From: Ignicoccus hospitalis KIN4/I
Lineage (GTDB): Archaea; Thermoproteota; Thermoprotei_A; Sulfolobales; Ignicoccaceae
NCBI RefSeq assembly: GCF_000017945.1
Contig: NC_009776.1
Coordinates: 120,001 to 152,000, forward strand
DNA length: 32,000 nucleotides
Direction of reading: 5' to 3'
A program made the translations under genes and the position numbers. Positions 21,185-30,804 of the stretch are shown here, in pieces. Numbering within the stretch: the first letter of the stretch is position 1; every line of letters begins with the position of its first letter. Under the pieces are notes generated by a model. That model did not search any database. It was not told where the DNA came from and worked only from the letters and a program-made list of their open reading frames with translations.

Positions 21185-22223
21185 CCCTAACCTGCAACAG
21201 CTCTTCGGGCTTGAGCTGTTTTACGTCAATGCCCATCATACTCTTCCTCTCGCTTATCATGGACTGCGCTTCGAGTACGGCCTCGGGATCCATCCAAAGG
21301 GACGTCGCGAGGACTATCGCTTCAGCCCTCTGGCGGGGGTCCTCGCTCTTGAAGATCCCGGAGCCTACGAACACTCCGTCGGCGCCCAGCCACATCATGA
21401 GTGCGGCGTCCGCTGGGGTGGCGATGCCCCCGGCGGCGAAGTTGACCACCGGTAGCCTCCTAAGCCTAGCGACGAGCTCCACGAGCTCGTAACTCACGCC
21501 CATCTCTCTGGCCTTTAGGACCCTATCCTCCTCGCTCATGGAGACTATTTCCCTAATCTCTCCCATAACAGTCTTCATGTGCTTTACTGCCTCCACCACG
21601 TTGCCGGTCCCCGCCTCTCCCTTAGTCCTTATCATTGACGCGCCCTCGCTGATCCTCCTGAGCGCCTCTCCCAAGTTCCTAGCGCCGTTGACGAAGGGTA
21701 CTTTAAACAGCCACTTATTTATGTGGTGTTTCTCGTCCGCCGGCGTCAGTACTTCGCTCTCGTCTATCATGTCTACGCCCAGCGCTTCCAGTACCTTCGC
21801 CTCCATGAAGTGCCCTATCCTAACCTTGGCCATAACTGGGAGGGAGATAGAATCCATAACTTCTCTGATTACGTTTACGTCCGCCATCCTGGCGACGCCG
21901 CCGCTCTTCCTTATGTCGTAGGGAAGCTTGTCCAGCACCATTACCGCGACGGCCCCCGCGTCCTCCGCTATTTCGGCTTGCTCTATGTTGGTAACGTCCA
22001 TGATAACGCCGCCCTTCTGATACACCGGGAAGCCGAGCTTCGCGCGGACGGTCCCTTTGGCTACCTCTCGTTCCACTTCACGGGGGTCGGGCAAGTAAGT
22101 CCACAAGCCTTCCTCCTTCAGCTTGTCGGCAGTCTCCGCGAGCTTGTAGAAGAAGTTGGCTATAGCGTCAAAACCAACTTCTACTAATCCGTCCCTGTGC
22201 CTCAAACCTTCGACCCGAGGCAC
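21177..22223 (-). CDS. pdxS: Pyridoxal 5'-phosphate synthase, lyase subunit
   Basis: [45 protein letters not shown]...[17 protein letters not shown]...[33 protein letters not shown] is the highly conserved PdxS/SNZ core. The GTG start at 22223 gives a ~50-aa N-terminal extension, and an internal GTG at 22076 is an alternative. Confidence 0.9.
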   Translation of the reverse strand: MPRVEGLRHRDGLVEVGFDAIANFFYKLAETADKLKEEGLWTYLPDPREVEREVAKGTVRAKLGFPVYQKGGVIMDVTNIEQAEIAEDAGAVAVMVLDKLPYDIRKSGGVARMADVNVIREVMDSISLPVMAKVRIGHFMEAKVLEALGVDMIDESEVLTPADEKHHINKWLFKVPFVNGARNLGEALRRISEGASMIRTKGEAGTGNVVEAVKHMKTVMGEIREIVSMSEEDRVLKAREMGVSYELVELVARLRRLPVVNFAAGGIATPADAALMMWLGADGVFVGSGIFKSEDPRQRAEAIVLATSLWMDPEAVLEAQSMISERKSMMGIDVKQLKPEELLQVRGE

Positions 22224-22240
22224 TACCTTCCTGTGAGGCG

Positions 22241-22248
22241 TATATAAG
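22241..22248. promoter_or_regulatory. TATA-like box TATATAAG in the pdxS / Sm-like divergent spacer
   Basis: It lies about 20 nt upstream of the pdxS GTG (22223) on the minus strand. The spacing is slightly short for a leaderless start. Confidence 0.3.
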
Positions 22249-22267
22249 TCTCGAGCGCATGGAACCG

Positions 22268-22275
22268 CTTTAAGC
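22268..22275 (+). promoter_or_regulatory. TATA-like box CTTTAAGC upstream of the Sm-like gene
   Basis: It is centred about 38 nt upstream of ATG 22310. Confidence 0.3.
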
Positions 22276-22309
22276 TAACGAGCTCTGATGGGAAGGCGGG
22301 AAAGAAGCG

Positions 22310-22585
22310 ATGGCGCGCGGCCAAGAGAAAGGTAAGCTGAACCTCGAGAACCCGTTGAAGTACTTGAGGGCGGCAGTGGACAACGTGGTACTAGTGAGGC
22401 TGAAGGACGGCAACGAATACGTGGGCAAGCTCGTCTTCACTGATAACACAATGAACTTGATACTCGACGACTGCACCGAGCTTTCCCCAGAGACCGGAGA
22501 GCCCGTAGCCAAGTACGGCCGGATCATGATCAGAGGGAGTTACGTACTCTTCATAAGTCTGGACTATCACAAGGTCATGAAATAG
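22310..22585 (+). CDS. Sm-like (LSm / SmAP) RNA-binding protein
   Basis: The Sm1 motif is [29 protein letters not shown] and the Sm2 motif is [14 protein letters not shown]. Confidence 0.85.
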   Translation: MARGQEKGKLNLENPLKYLRAAVDNVVLVRLKDGNEYVGKLVFTDNTMNLILDDCTELSPETGEPVAKYGRIMIRGSYVLFISLDYHKVMK

Positions 22586-22595
22586 GTGACCGGAA

Positions 22596-23801
22596 ATGAA
22601 GAACGTAACCGTAACCAAGCTCCCCCTTCCACCACAGGACGAGTTAGACGTGGAGATAGTTGAGAGGAAGGGGACCGGACACCCGGACTACATAGCCGAC
22701 GCGGTCTCCGAGGAGGCCAGCAGACAACTCTCTCTGTACTACCTCAAGGAGTTCGGCCACGTCTTCCACCACAACTTGGACAAGACCTTGCTGGTGGGCG
22801 GTCAAGCCTCCCCTAGGTTCGGAGGGGGCGACGTGCTCCAGCCCATCTACATCATAATCTCCGGCAGGGCGGTGACGGAGGTGAGGACTGACGACGGCGT
22901 GGTGGACGTGCCCTTGGGTACGGTGTTACTAAAGGCCGCCAAGGACTGGTTGAAGAAAAACTTACCGCACTTGGACGTCGAACACCACGTGGTGGTGGAC
23001 TACAAGGTAGGTAAGGGCTCTGCGGACTTAGTGGGCGTGTTCGAGTTGGGCAAGACCGTGCCTCTCGCCAACGACACTTCGGTGGGAGTAGGCTTCGCCC
23101 CGTTCAGTACGTTAGAGAAATTGGTTTACACCGTCGAACGCAAGCTGAATTCCGCCGAAACCAAGGCAAAAATCAAGGCACTGGGCGAGGACATAAAGGT
23201 AATGGGCCTCCGCATGAAGAACAAGATAAAGTTAACCGTCGCGGCGGCCATAGTCTCGGAGTACGTCAGGGACGCGGGGGAGTACGCGGCGGTTAAGGAG
23301 GAAGTGAAGGAAATAGTGGAGGCAGTGGCTCACGAGGTGGCGCCAAACCACGAGGTGGAGGTCTTCATCAACACTGCCGACAACCCCGAGAAAGGAATAT
23401 TCTACTTGACCGTCACCGGGACCAGCGCCGAGCACGGGGACGACGGAGCTACGGGGAGGGGCAACAGGGTGAACGGGCTGATAACTCCTATGAGGCCCAT
23501 GAGCTTGGAGGCGGCGGCTGGGAAGAACCCCGTCAACCACGTAGGCAAGCTGTACAACGTCTTGGCCAACATAGCTGCACAGAAAGTAGTGGAAGAAGTT
23601 CCCGAAACGAAGGAGGTCTACTTAGAAATACTCAGCCAGATAGGAAGGCCCATCACCGACCCACTCATAGCGGCGGTCAGAGTCAAGGGAGAGTTGACGC
23701 CCACAATCGAGAAGAGGGTGAAGGAAATAATAGAGGCGGAGCTCGACAGACTACCCATGATAACCAAGGAGATATTAGAAGGTAAGATAAGCGTCTTCTA
23801 G
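22596..23801 (+). CDS. mat: S-adenosylmethionine synthetase, archaeal type
   Basis: [19 protein letters not shown]..., the 401-aa length and the [20 protein letters not shown] motif are typical of archaeal MAT. Confidence 0.9.
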   Translation: MKNVTVTKLPLPPQDELDVEIVERKGTGHPDYIADAVSEEASRQLSLYYLKEFGHVFHHNLDKTLLVGGQASPRFGGGDVLQPIYIIISGRAVTEVRTDDGVVDVPLGTVLLKAAKDWLKKNLPHLDVEHHVVVDYKVGKGSADLVGVFELGKTVPLANDTSVGVGFAPFSTLEKLVYTVERKLNSAETKAKIKALGEDIKVMGLRMKNKIKLTVAAAIVSEYVRDAGEYAAVKEEVKEIVEAVAHEVAPNHEVEVFINTADNPEKGIFYLTVTGTSAEHGDDGATGRGNRVNGLITPMRPMSLEAAAGKNPVNHVGKLYNVLANIAAQKVVEEVPETKEVYLEILSQIGRPITDPLIAAVRVKGELTPTIEKRVKEIIEAELDRLPMITKEILEGKISVF

Positions 23802-24076
23802 CCTCCCTTCCCAGCGGGCTTGCCCCAATACGTAGTCGTAAACAGTAGTATTATCATTGCTAAGGCCAGCAAGGCGGCTATTAGGAGCGCGAACCAGCCC
23901 AGCTTGCCGCCGCCTATAGCTATGGGGAACGGGCCGATGAAGATTATCGCCCCACCTCCCCACTCCACCTCGCCGCCCCTCAAGACTATCATCATTAGTA
24001 ACCCGATAAAAATCAAAAACACGCCTAAGATTATGAGCCCGAAGCCCAATGCGCTCGGATTAAGAGCCTCTTCCAA
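23798..24076 (-). CDS. Small integral membrane protein (2-3 TM); resembles the conserved small archaeal membrane protein families (DUF131-like, tentative)
   Basis: FGLIILGVFLIFIGLLMMIV...GGAIIFIGPFPIAIGGGKLGWFALLIAALLALAMIILLF. The gene overlaps the mat stop by 4 nt (convergent). Confidence 0.55.
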   Translation of the reverse strand: MEEALNPSALGFGLIILGVFLIFIGLLMMIVLRGGEVEWGGGAIIFIGPFPIAIGGGKLGWFALLIAALLALAMIILLFTTTYWGKPAGKGG

Positions 24077-24099
24077 CGCTCGACCCGAGGGGTTCTTGC

Positions 24100-24684
24100 G
24101 TGAAGCACTACTTCAAGGGAGGGGCCGGCGGGCGGCCGGAAGTGGTCGGGGCTTGGATAAGGGGAGCCCCCCTGAAGTTCATAGTTCCGAGGGGGTTGTT
24201 CTCGAGCTCTAAGGTGGACCTAGGTACGGCGCTCTTGGCGGAATTTATGGAAATTCCTAAGGAGGGCAAGGTATTGGACGTAGGCTGCGGTTACGGAGTG
24301 TTAGGCATATTGATGGCGAAACTGAACCCCAACTTAGAAGTTTACATGGTTGACGTGAACCCTGTGGCGGTCGACGCCGCTAAGAGGAACGCCGAGCTGA
24401 ACGGGGTGAGGGTAACCGTTTTACAAGGGAACTTGTACGAGCCCACAGACTTGTTGGGTATAAAGGACTTCTCAACAATTGTCAGCAACCCTCCGTTGGC
24501 GGCCGGGAAGGAGGTGGTGAAGGAAATAATAGAAGGCGCGCCCGCGAGGCTGAAGAGCGGGGGCTCGCTTCAGCTAGTGATGGCCCAAGGCGGTGACTGG
24601 GCGAAGGGCGTAATGGAGGAATACTTCAAGGAGGTGGAGGTTAAGAGGAAGAAGGGTTACGCGCTCCTTCGCGGGTACGTCTAA
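24100..24684 (+). CDS. Class I SAM-dependent methyltransferase, 'methyltransferase small domain' type (RsmC/RlmG-like, NPP motif)
   Basis: Motif I is VLDVGCGYGVLGI and motif IV is IVSNPPLAAG, with a small N-terminal substrate domain. The start is GTG. Confidence 0.75.
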   Translation: MKHYFKGGAGGRPEVVGAWIRGAPLKFIVPRGLFSSSKVDLGTALLAEFMEIPKEGKVLDVGCGYGVLGILMAKLNPNLEVYMVDVNPVAVDAAKRNAELNGVRVTVLQGNLYEPTDLLGIKDFSTIVSNPPLAAGKEVVKEIIEGAPARLKSGGSLQLVMAQGGDWAKGVMEEYFKEVEVKRKKGYALLRGYV

Positions 24685-24872
24685 GGGCTTACCACTTGGG
24701 CTTGCACGGACCTCAGTACGGCCAGCCTCTGCTGCTCCATAGTCCACCAGACGTTTATAAACCACGCCATTACCAGTATTGTCATAAAGAATGTGAGGAA
24801 CAAGAGCATGTTAAGCGGCGTTAAGTACTCCGATATGATATCGGCGAGTAGGCCCCTTCGCCACTTCTTCAC
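24681..24872 (-). CDS. Possible small single-TM protein (63 aa)
   Basis: The GTG ORF has one clear TM (LNMLLFLTFFMTILVMAWFINVWW). It sits in an otherwise unassigned 200-nt gap. No homology is recognised. Confidence 0.3.
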   Translation of the reverse strand: MKKWRRGLLADIISEYLTPLNMLLFLTFFMTILVMAWFINVWWTMEQQRLAVLRSVQAQVVSP

Positions 24873-24892
24873 TACCCTTTCCCGAGGGCCCT

Positions 24893-25549
24893 ATGATTAC
24901 TTTAATTTTTACACTTTATCGCCCTGGGAAACAGCTTTTGGAGACGCTCGTCTTCAAGGGAGTGTGGAAGGTCTACAGTAATAAGGTAGTACTAAAGGAT
25001 TTCAACTTAATCGTCTTCGAAGGGGAGGTTGTGAGGCTAGAGGGTCCCAACGGCTCCGGCAAGACGACGGTCTTGAAGTTGGCCTCCGGAATAGAGCGCC
25101 CCACGCGCGGCGAGGTCTACGTGGCGGGCTCGAGGCCTTGGTCCCCCTCCGGCAAGAGGGCGTTCGGCGTAGTGATGCACGGGAACATGACCTATCCCGA
25201 GCTCACCGTACGAGAGAACATAGAGTTCTTCGTGAAGCTTTATAAAGCCGACAAGGATTACGCTTTCGAGTTAGCCAATAAGATAGGCCTCGACGACAAG
25301 TTAGATCAGAGGGCCTCGGAGCTGAGCTTCGGGTGGAGGAAGAGGCTAGAGATGGTTAGGGCCTTGTTACACAAGCCGAAGCTCCTCTTGTTGGACGAAC
25401 CGTTCGTCGGCCTTGACAAAAGGGGGTTAGAGGATATAATGACAATACTCAAGTCGGTCAATGAAGAAGGCGTAAGCATAGTCTATACTGCGCCGACGGG
25501 CGTGCCCTACTCGGTCAGGCCCGACGAGAGGGTAGTCTCCTTAGCGTAA
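24893..25549 (+). CDS. ABC transporter ATP-binding protein (CcmA-like, degenerate signature), no adjacent permease
   Basis: Walker A is GPNGSGKTT, the signature variant is LSFGWRKRLEM and Walker B is LLLLDEPFVGLD. The start is uncertain (ATG 24893 or a downstream TTG). Confidence 0.75.
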   Translation: MITLIFTLYRPGKQLLETLVFKGVWKVYSNKVVLKDFNLIVFEGEVVRLEGPNGSGKTTVLKLASGIERPTRGEVYVAGSRPWSPSGKRAFGVVMHGNMTYPELTVRENIEFFVKLYKADKDYAFELANKIGLDDKLDQRASELSFGWRKRLEMVRALLHKPKLLLLDEPFVGLDKRGLEDIMTILKSVNEEGVSIVYTAPTGVPYSVRPDERVVSLA

Positions 25550-25560
25550 GCTTGTACAAG

Positions 25561-25569
25561 TTTACAAAA
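25561..25569 (+). promoter_or_regulatory. TATA-like box TTTACAAAA upstream of moeA, abutting a 10-bp palindrome
   Basis: It is centred about 22 nt upstream of ATG 25586, compatible with a leaderless transcript. CTTGTACAAG (25551-25560) lies immediately upstream. Confidence 0.35.
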
Positions 25570-25585
25570 GCCGGATACGCGTAAA

Positions 25586-27376
25586 ATGAGGCCAACGGGC
25601 TGTAGTTTACGGGGGCGAAGCTTGAAGAAGGAGAGGAAGGTGTTCAAAGAGCTCTTGCCTCCGGACGAGGCTATGAGGAGGTTAGAGGAAAGGGTCCCCC
25701 CTACCCCTCCGGAGGCGGAAGAGGTACCTATAGAAGAGGCCTTGGGCTTCTACCTCGCGGAAGACGTGAAGTCCCCAATAAACTTACCTCCCTACCCCCG
25801 CTCGGCTGCCGACGGGTACGCGGTTAGGGCCCGCTCCACTTGGGGCGCTTCAGAGGACGAGCCCGTGGAGCTGAGGGTTGTGGGAGAGGTGAGGGTCGGC
25901 GAGGCGCCGGGCTTTGAGCTGAAGGAGGGCGAGGCGGCCGAGGTCGACACGGGCTCGGCCCTCCCCCCGGGCGCCGACGCGGTAGTCATGATAGAGTACG
26001 TGAAGGAGGTCGGGGACAAGATATTGGTTTACAAGTCCGTAGTCCCCGGCGAGAACGTCCTCTGGCCCGCCACCGACGTCTACTCCGGGCAGCCCCTCTG
26101 GAAGAGGGGCACCAGGGTGGACTCCAGAGTAATAGCCTCCTTGGCCTCCGTGGGCATAAGGAAGGTGAGGGTCTGGAGGCCTAAGGTTTATCTAATATCC
26201 ACGGGCTCCGAGCTCGTGGAGCCCGGTAAGCCCTTAGAGACTGGTAAAATATACGACGTCAACACTTACTCCTTGCAAGCGCGCTTACGGGAAGAGGGCT
26301 TTGTCCCAATAGTCCACGGCGTGGTGCCGGACGACAAGGAGGAGATAAAGAAGGCCATCTTAGAGGGCGTCGAGAAGGCCGACGTAGTGGTTACTACGGG
26401 CTCCACCTCCGCCGGCCCTGCGGACTTCGTGTACCGCGCGGTAGGCGAGGTAGGGGAGGTGCTAGTCCACGGCTTGGCCTTCAAGCCCGGCAAGCCCGTC
26501 ATGCTGGGCGTAGTGAAGGGCAAACCGGTCTTCGGCCTGGCCGGCCACCCCGACTCCGCATACTTCAACTTGGAACGCTTGGTAATACCATATTTGAGGA
26601 AAATGGTTAAGGCCGACGAGAGGTCCCAGAGCTCTACGAAAGCCGTAGCGGCGACCAGCTTCGTGGGGGCTAAGGGGAGGAGGACCCACGTCCCCGTGAG
26701 CTTGTTGACGGACGGCTCGAGGTGGTTCGCCTTCCCGGCGTCCCACTCGGACCACGCGATGGTCAGCTACTCCAAGGCGGACGGCTACATAGTGATACCG
26801 GAGACTAGGAGGGCCCCGGTGGAGCCCGGCGAGGAGGTGGAGGTTTGGCTGTTCAAGGACCCTAGCTACAAGGGAGCTATAGTAGGCGATACCGACGTAG
26901 CCGTGGACGCCGTCGTTGAGAGGCTTGACTATCCCCCGAAAATGTTACCCTTGGGTAGCTACAGCGGCGCCTACGCCTCTAAGATGTCGTTGCGTTCCGT
27001 CTGGATTTCGCCGGAGGCGGTCGGGAAAGAGGTAGAGGTGGAAGTGGTGGCCGTGGGGAGGGGAGAGCGCGTCGGAGTGCCCCACAAGTCGTCCTTCTTG
27101 TATCCCTTCTTCTCCAAGTTCTTGGAGGTGGAGGGTATAAGTAGGGAGGAGCTCCAGAAGAGGTTCGTGAGGGTTACCATGCCGACCCCTCAAGCCTTGG
27201 CGTCCGCCGTGGCCAGCGGGGAGGTGGACGCGGCGATAACCACTAGGAACGCGGCAGAAGCATTGGGCTTGGACTGGAGGCCCTTGAGTAAGGCTAAGCT
27301 ATACATAGGCTGGACGGAAGACCACGCCGAGCTGGGGAGGGAGGTGCTCAATGAGTTCCTACGCCGCGGAGGTTAG
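25586..27376 (+). CDS. moeA: Molybdopterin molybdenum/tungsten transferase MoeA fused to a C-terminal periplasmic-binding-protein-like (molybdate-binding-type) domain
   Basis: PPYPRSAADGYAV..., VDTGSALPPGADAVVMIE, LISTGSELVEPG and VVTTGSTSAGPADF are MoeA hallmarks. An extra ~165-aa C-terminal domain (GAIVGDTDVAVD...AAITTRNAAEALGLDW) matches the archaeal MoeA plus PBP-like fusion architecture. Confidence 0.85.
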   Translation: MRPTGCSLRGRSLKKERKVFKELLPPDEAMRRLEERVPPTPPEAEEVPIEEALGFYLAEDVKSPINLPPYPRSAADGYAVRARSTWGASEDEPVELRVVGEVRVGEAPGFELKEGEAAEVDTGSALPPGADAVVMIEYVKEVGDKILVYKSVVPGENVLWPATDVYSGQPLWKRGTRVDSRVIASLASVGIRKVRVWRPKVYLISTGSELVEPGKPLETGKIYDVNTYSLQARLREEGFVPIVHGVVPDDKEEIKKAILEGVEKADVVVTTGSTSAGPADFVYRAVGEVGEVLVHGLAFKPGKPVMLGVVKGKPVFGLAGHPDSAYFNLERLVIPYLRKMVKADERSQSSTKAVAATSFVGAKGRRTHVPVSLLTDGSRWFAFPASHSDHAMVSYSKADGYIVIPETRRAPVEPGEEVEVWLFKDPSYKGAIVGDTDVAVDAVVERLDYPPKMLPLGSYSGAYASKMSLRSVWISPEAVGKEVEVEVVAVGRGERVGVPHKSSFLYPFFSKFLEVEGISREELQKRFVRVTMPTPQALASAVASGEVDAAITTRNAAEALGLDWRPLSKAKLYIGWTEDHAELGREVLNEFLRRGG

Positions 27377-28076
27377 GGACGTGTGGAAGGTCTACGCGGC
27401 CGGAGGCTCCTCCTACCCGGCGTTGAGAGGAGTTACCTTGAAGATACCCAAGGGGAGCTTCGTGGTCGTCTTGGGTCCCTCGGGCTCCGGCAAGAGCACG
27501 CTCTTACACTTACTGGGGGCGCTGGACACCCCGACGAAGGGGGAAGTGATAATAGCTGGAAAGAACGTGAAGGAACTCGACGAAGAGGGCAGAGCGAGGC
27601 TCAGGAGGGAGTACGTGGGCTTCGTCTTTCAGAAGTTCTACCTGATAAATAGGTTGAGCGCCGTGGAGAACGTGGAGCTGCCCATGCTGGCCAAAGGCCT
27701 CCCGAAGGCGGAGAGGCGACGAAGGGCCTTAGCCTTACTTAAGAAGGTCGGTTTGGGCGAGAAGGCGTTCAGAAGGCCCACGGAGCTCTCCGGAGGGGAA
27801 CAGCAGAGGGTAGCCATAGCGAGGGCCCTTGCCAACGACCCGGACATAATACTTGCTGACGAGCCCACGGGTAACCTAGATACGGCCAACGCGACGAGGA
27901 TAATGAAGTTATTGGAGGCCCTCAACGTGGAGATGGGAAAAACCGTGGTTGTGGTGACTCACAACCCGGAACACACGAGGTACGCGAACTACGTAGTGAG
28001 GATAAGGGACGGAAAAGTGGAGAGCGTTGAGGAGGGCGGGAGGCCCGCCGGAGACCCCTCGTTACTCCTCGCTTGA
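27351..28076 (+). CDS. ABC transporter ATP-binding protein (MacB/LolD-like subfamily), no adjacent permease
   Basis: Walker A is GPSGSGKSTLL, the Q-loop region is FVFQKFYLI, the signature is LSGGEQQRVAIARAL and Walker B is ILADEPTGNLD. The gene overlaps the moeA 3' end by 26 nt. Confidence 0.85.
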   Translation: MSSYAAEVRDVWKVYAAGGSSYPALRGVTLKIPKGSFVVVLGPSGSGKSTLLHLLGALDTPTKGEVIIAGKNVKELDEEGRARLRREYVGFVFQKFYLINRLSAVENVELPMLAKGLPKAERRRRALALLKKVGLGEKAFRRPTELSGGEQQRVAIARALANDPDIILADEPTGNLDTANATRIMKLLEALNVEMGKTVVVVTHNPEHTRYANYVVRIRDGKVESVEEGGRPAGDPSLLLA

Positions 28077-28604
28077 GGAGATGCTGATAAAGAGCTTGTC
28101 ATCTTCCTTCTTAATATCCACTTTGGAGTCTTTGCGCGTCTTCACGTAGAACGTGTGGAACCGGGAACCCAAGACGTTAACGAAGTCCGGTTTCTCGGCT
28201 TCCAAGTTTACCTCCTTAACGTAGAACTTCGTGGGCTTCTTGTCACTACCTATGAGCTCCACTACCACGTACCCCCTGCTTAGGGACGCCCTGATGCCGA
28301 GTTCGCCCTCCGCGGAGCCGCCGTGCTCGTCCACCTTTACTACCTTCCCTTCCAAGGTATCCCAAGTGGGGATGTACCTGTCCGAGGAGACGCCTATTAC
28401 GATGTAGTTCCCGTAAGTGCTGAACTTGGGGTGTTGGTCATAGCTAGCCTCCAACTTGATCCCGTCTTCGTTTAAGACGAGCTTGGCGTTGGAAGGGGAC
28501 ACCAGGACCACGTGTTCGGTACTGAAGCTCCTCCCATCTACTATACATTGGTTATTCTCAAACCTTATGCGGGTTTTTTCTTTAACGTTGGCCGGAACGA
28601 GCAT
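28062..28604 (-). CDS. Hypothetical protein (180 aa, predicted mostly beta)
   Basis: The ATG ORF has native-looking composition. I recognise no motifs. It overlaps the convergent ABC gene by 15 nt. Confidence 0.5.
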   Translation of the reverse strand: MLVPANVKEKTRIRFENNQCIVDGRSFSTEHVVLVSPSNAKLVLNEDGIKLEASYDQHPKFSTYGNYIVIGVSSDRYIPTWDTLEGKVVKVDEHGGSAEGELGIRASLSRGYVVVELIGSDKKPTKFYVKEVNLEAEKPDFVNVLGSRFHTFYVKTRKDSKVDIKKEDDKLFISISSSEE

Positions 28605-28666
28605 GATATCCCACCTAGGAGCCTATTTAGGGCCAAAAAAGTTGGACGCTTCGAGGGATATAAGGT

Positions 28667-30052
28667 TTGGCCGGCGAGAGGGTCCTCTTGGTCGGCGGCG
28701 GCGGGAGGGAACACGCTATCGGAGAGCGCTTGGTGAGCCACGGGGCCGTGCTGGGCGTCGCGGCCTCCAATTTGAACCCCGGACTGTTGTCCCTTACGAA
28801 GGACTCCGGAGGCGAGTTCTTTAAAGCGAATCCGACCAGCCCTCAAGAGGTACTCGAGGTTGCTAAGAAGTTCAAGGCGGAGCTCGTGGTGATAGGACCC
28901 GAAGAGCCGCAGTTCAGGGGGGTCACGGACGCCCTAAGGGCGGCGGGCTTCACGGTCTTCGGGGCTTCCTCGAAGGCGTCAGAAATAGAGAAGAGTAAGG
29001 TCTTCGCAAGGAGTATAATGAAGAAGTACAACATCCCGGGCAACTTGGACTTCTGGTTCTTCGAGAGCTGGGAGGAGGCAATAGAATTCTTAGAAAGAGC
29101 CGGGAACGTGGCGATAAAGCCGGCCAGGCAAGCCGGGGGCAAAGGAGTTAAGGTAATCTCCGATGTGCAAGCGTACCTGAGCGAGGAGAAGAAGAAAGTG
29201 AAGGAGGAACACGCCAAAAGGATACTGACCGAGGTTATGGCGAAGTATACAGACATCAAAGAGAAGTTGTTAATAGAGGAGAAGGTGGACGGCGTGGAGT
29301 ATACTGTCCAAGCGTTTACCGACGGCGAGCGCGTAGTGCCGTTGCCGGCAGTACAAGACAACCCCCACCTATTCGTCTACGACGTGGGGCCCGAGACGGG
29401 CGGCATGGGAAGCGTTCAAGGCCCCGGTAAGCTACTGCCGTTCATAACCGAGGAGGAGTACAAAGTAGCCGTTGAGATCCTCGAGAGGGTGGTAGAGGCA
29501 ATAGCTAAGGAGACTGGTGAGAAATACGTAGGCGCGATCTCCGCACAGATGATGTTAACCACAAAGGGCCCGGTCCTAATAGAGTTCTACTCGAGGCTGG
29601 GAGACCCAGAGGCTGTCAACGTAATGAACGTCGTCGAGGGAAACGTGTTGGAAGCGATGTTCGAAGCGGCCCAAGGGAACTTGAAGACAGAGCTCGGGGT
29701 TAGGGAGGCGGCGAGTGCGGTCAAGTGTATAGCGCCCATGGGTTACCCCGAGCGGAGGGATCTCACCAAGGGTAGGGAAGTGCTCGTCCCGGAGTGTGAG
29801 GGGGCGAAGGTGTACTACGCCTCCGTGGACGTCAAGGACGGTAAGCTGGTTAGTGGCGGGTCGAGGGCCGTGGAGGTGTACGCGGAGGGTAAGAGCATAA
29901 GCGAGGCGGCGGAAAAGGCCAACGCGTGCGCGTCCAAGGTGAAGTTCGTGAACTGGAAGAGCGTGTGGAGGCCCGATATAGGCGGTGAGTGGTACATAAG
30001 GAGGAGGAGCGAGGTGGCCGAACTAATGAGGTCGGTCTGGGGCTTGAGGTAG
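28667..30052 (+). CDS. purD: Phosphoribosylamine-glycine ligase (GAR synthetase)
   Basis: The N-terminal RVLLVGGGGREHAIGERL and the ATP-grasp core (IKPARQAGGKGVKV, EEKVDGVEYTVQAF, ...IEFYSRLGDPEA) are PurD hallmarks. The TTG start is uncertain by a few codons. Confidence 0.9.
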   Translation: MAGERVLLVGGGGREHAIGERLVSHGAVLGVAASNLNPGLLSLTKDSGGEFFKANPTSPQEVLEVAKKFKAELVVIGPEEPQFRGVTDALRAAGFTVFGASSKASEIEKSKVFARSIMKKYNIPGNLDFWFFESWEEAIEFLERAGNVAIKPARQAGGKGVKVISDVQAYLSEEKKKVKEEHAKRILTEVMAKYTDIKEKLLIEEKVDGVEYTVQAFTDGERVVPLPAVQDNPHLFVYDVGPETGGMGSVQGPGKLLPFITEEEYKVAVEILERVVEAIAKETGEKYVGAISAQMMLTTKGPVLIEFYSRLGDPEAVNVMNVVEGNVLEAMFEAAQGNLKTELGVREAASAVKCIAPMGYPERRDLTKGREVLVPECEGAKVYYASVDVKDGKLVSGGSRAVEVYAEGKSISEAAEKANACASKVKFVNWKSVWRPDIGGEWYIRRRSEVAELMRSVWGLR

Positions 30053-30108
30053 AGGTTTCGAAAGGAAATTAATTTTGAGAAAGTTTGGCCTTAAGCGGAG
30101 CAAGGACA

Positions 30109-30804
30109 ATGGTGGAGACGTCTGTAGAGCTGAGCAAAGTGGCGTTTTACGTAATTACGTTGCTACTAGCATTGGCCTTCATACAGTACTCTTTGATCAA
30201 TTACAACACTGGAGAACTGTGGTACCCCTTCGTCGCAGGTCCTCTCATGGGGATCTCTTTCCTCCTCTTAGTAGCTATAACGGCCTTCGGAGGAGACTAC
30301 CAACTCGCCGCGTTACTGAACATACTGTTTATAGTGTTGACACTGACCGCCTACGCCGTAACCTTCGAAACGTCCTCAATAATCGATTACGAGTACGTAG
30401 CGTTCATGCTATCCTTGAACTTGCTGTTGGTAGTATACATGGACAGGAAAGAGGGCAGCGTGGACCTTGCCCCTATGTTCTTGCGCCTCTCGCTCCTCGT
30501 GACTTACGTGCCCTTCCTACTATTCGTGCTTTTGGCGTTCAAGTACGGTTACTATTATAGCTACCTAGCTATGATAATGGCATTGATATTATCGCTAAGC
30601 AATTTCTTGCTCCTAATTCCAACCTTTACCCAGAGCCTCTTACAAACGCTCGTGTTGGAGTCGTTCGTGATGTTCGTGTTCCTAATTTACGTCCTCGCGT
30701 CAAGTCCAATAGGGCCCGACGTGTGCGAGTGGATAATTCGGGCCACACTCCTTTCCAGCTATTTAACCCTATTATGGACCGCCTTTAGGAGCAGATGGGA
30801 ATGA
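30109..30804 (+). CDS. Hypothetical polytopic membrane protein (about 7 TM)
   Basis: MVETSVELSKVAFYVITLLLALAFIQY... has repeated hydrophobic segments. The ORF is open from TTG 30085. ATG 30109 fits the AT-rich box AAATTAATTTT (30066-30076). The overlapping ORF 30075-30560 in another frame is Arg-rich and is rejected. Confidence 0.6.
   Translation: MVETSVELSKVAFYVITLLLALAFIQYSLINYNTGELWYPFVAGPLMGISFLLLVAITAFGGDYQLAALLNILFIVLTLTAYAVTFETSSIIDYEYVAFMLSLNLLLVVYMDRKEGSVDLAPMFLRLSLLVTYVPFLLFVLLAFKYGYYYSYLAMIMALILSLSNFLLLIPTFTQSLLQTLVLESFVMFVFLIYVLASSPIGPDVCEWIIRATLLSSYLTLLWTAFRSRWE

Noticed and set aside
22076-22223. ~50-aa N-terminal extension of PdxS relative to the conserved core; considered a mis-called start
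   Set aside because: The extension looks like a native amphipathic helix, and archaeal PdxS proteins are often longer than bacterial ones. I cannot decide without alignments, so I kept the long form and noted the alternative GTG at 22076.
30075-30560. ORF in an alternative frame overlapping the membrane-protein gene
   Set aside because: The product is Arg-rich and low-complexity. The other frame (30109-30804) gives regularly spaced hydrophobic helices and couples to the GTPase gene through an ATGA overlap.
30085-30804. Lower GC (about 45% by spot count) than the surroundings; considered a horizontally acquired segment
   Set aside because: The drop coincides exactly with a membrane protein rich in Ile, Leu, Phe and Tyr, whose codons are AT-rich. 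There are no flanking repeats or mobility genes.
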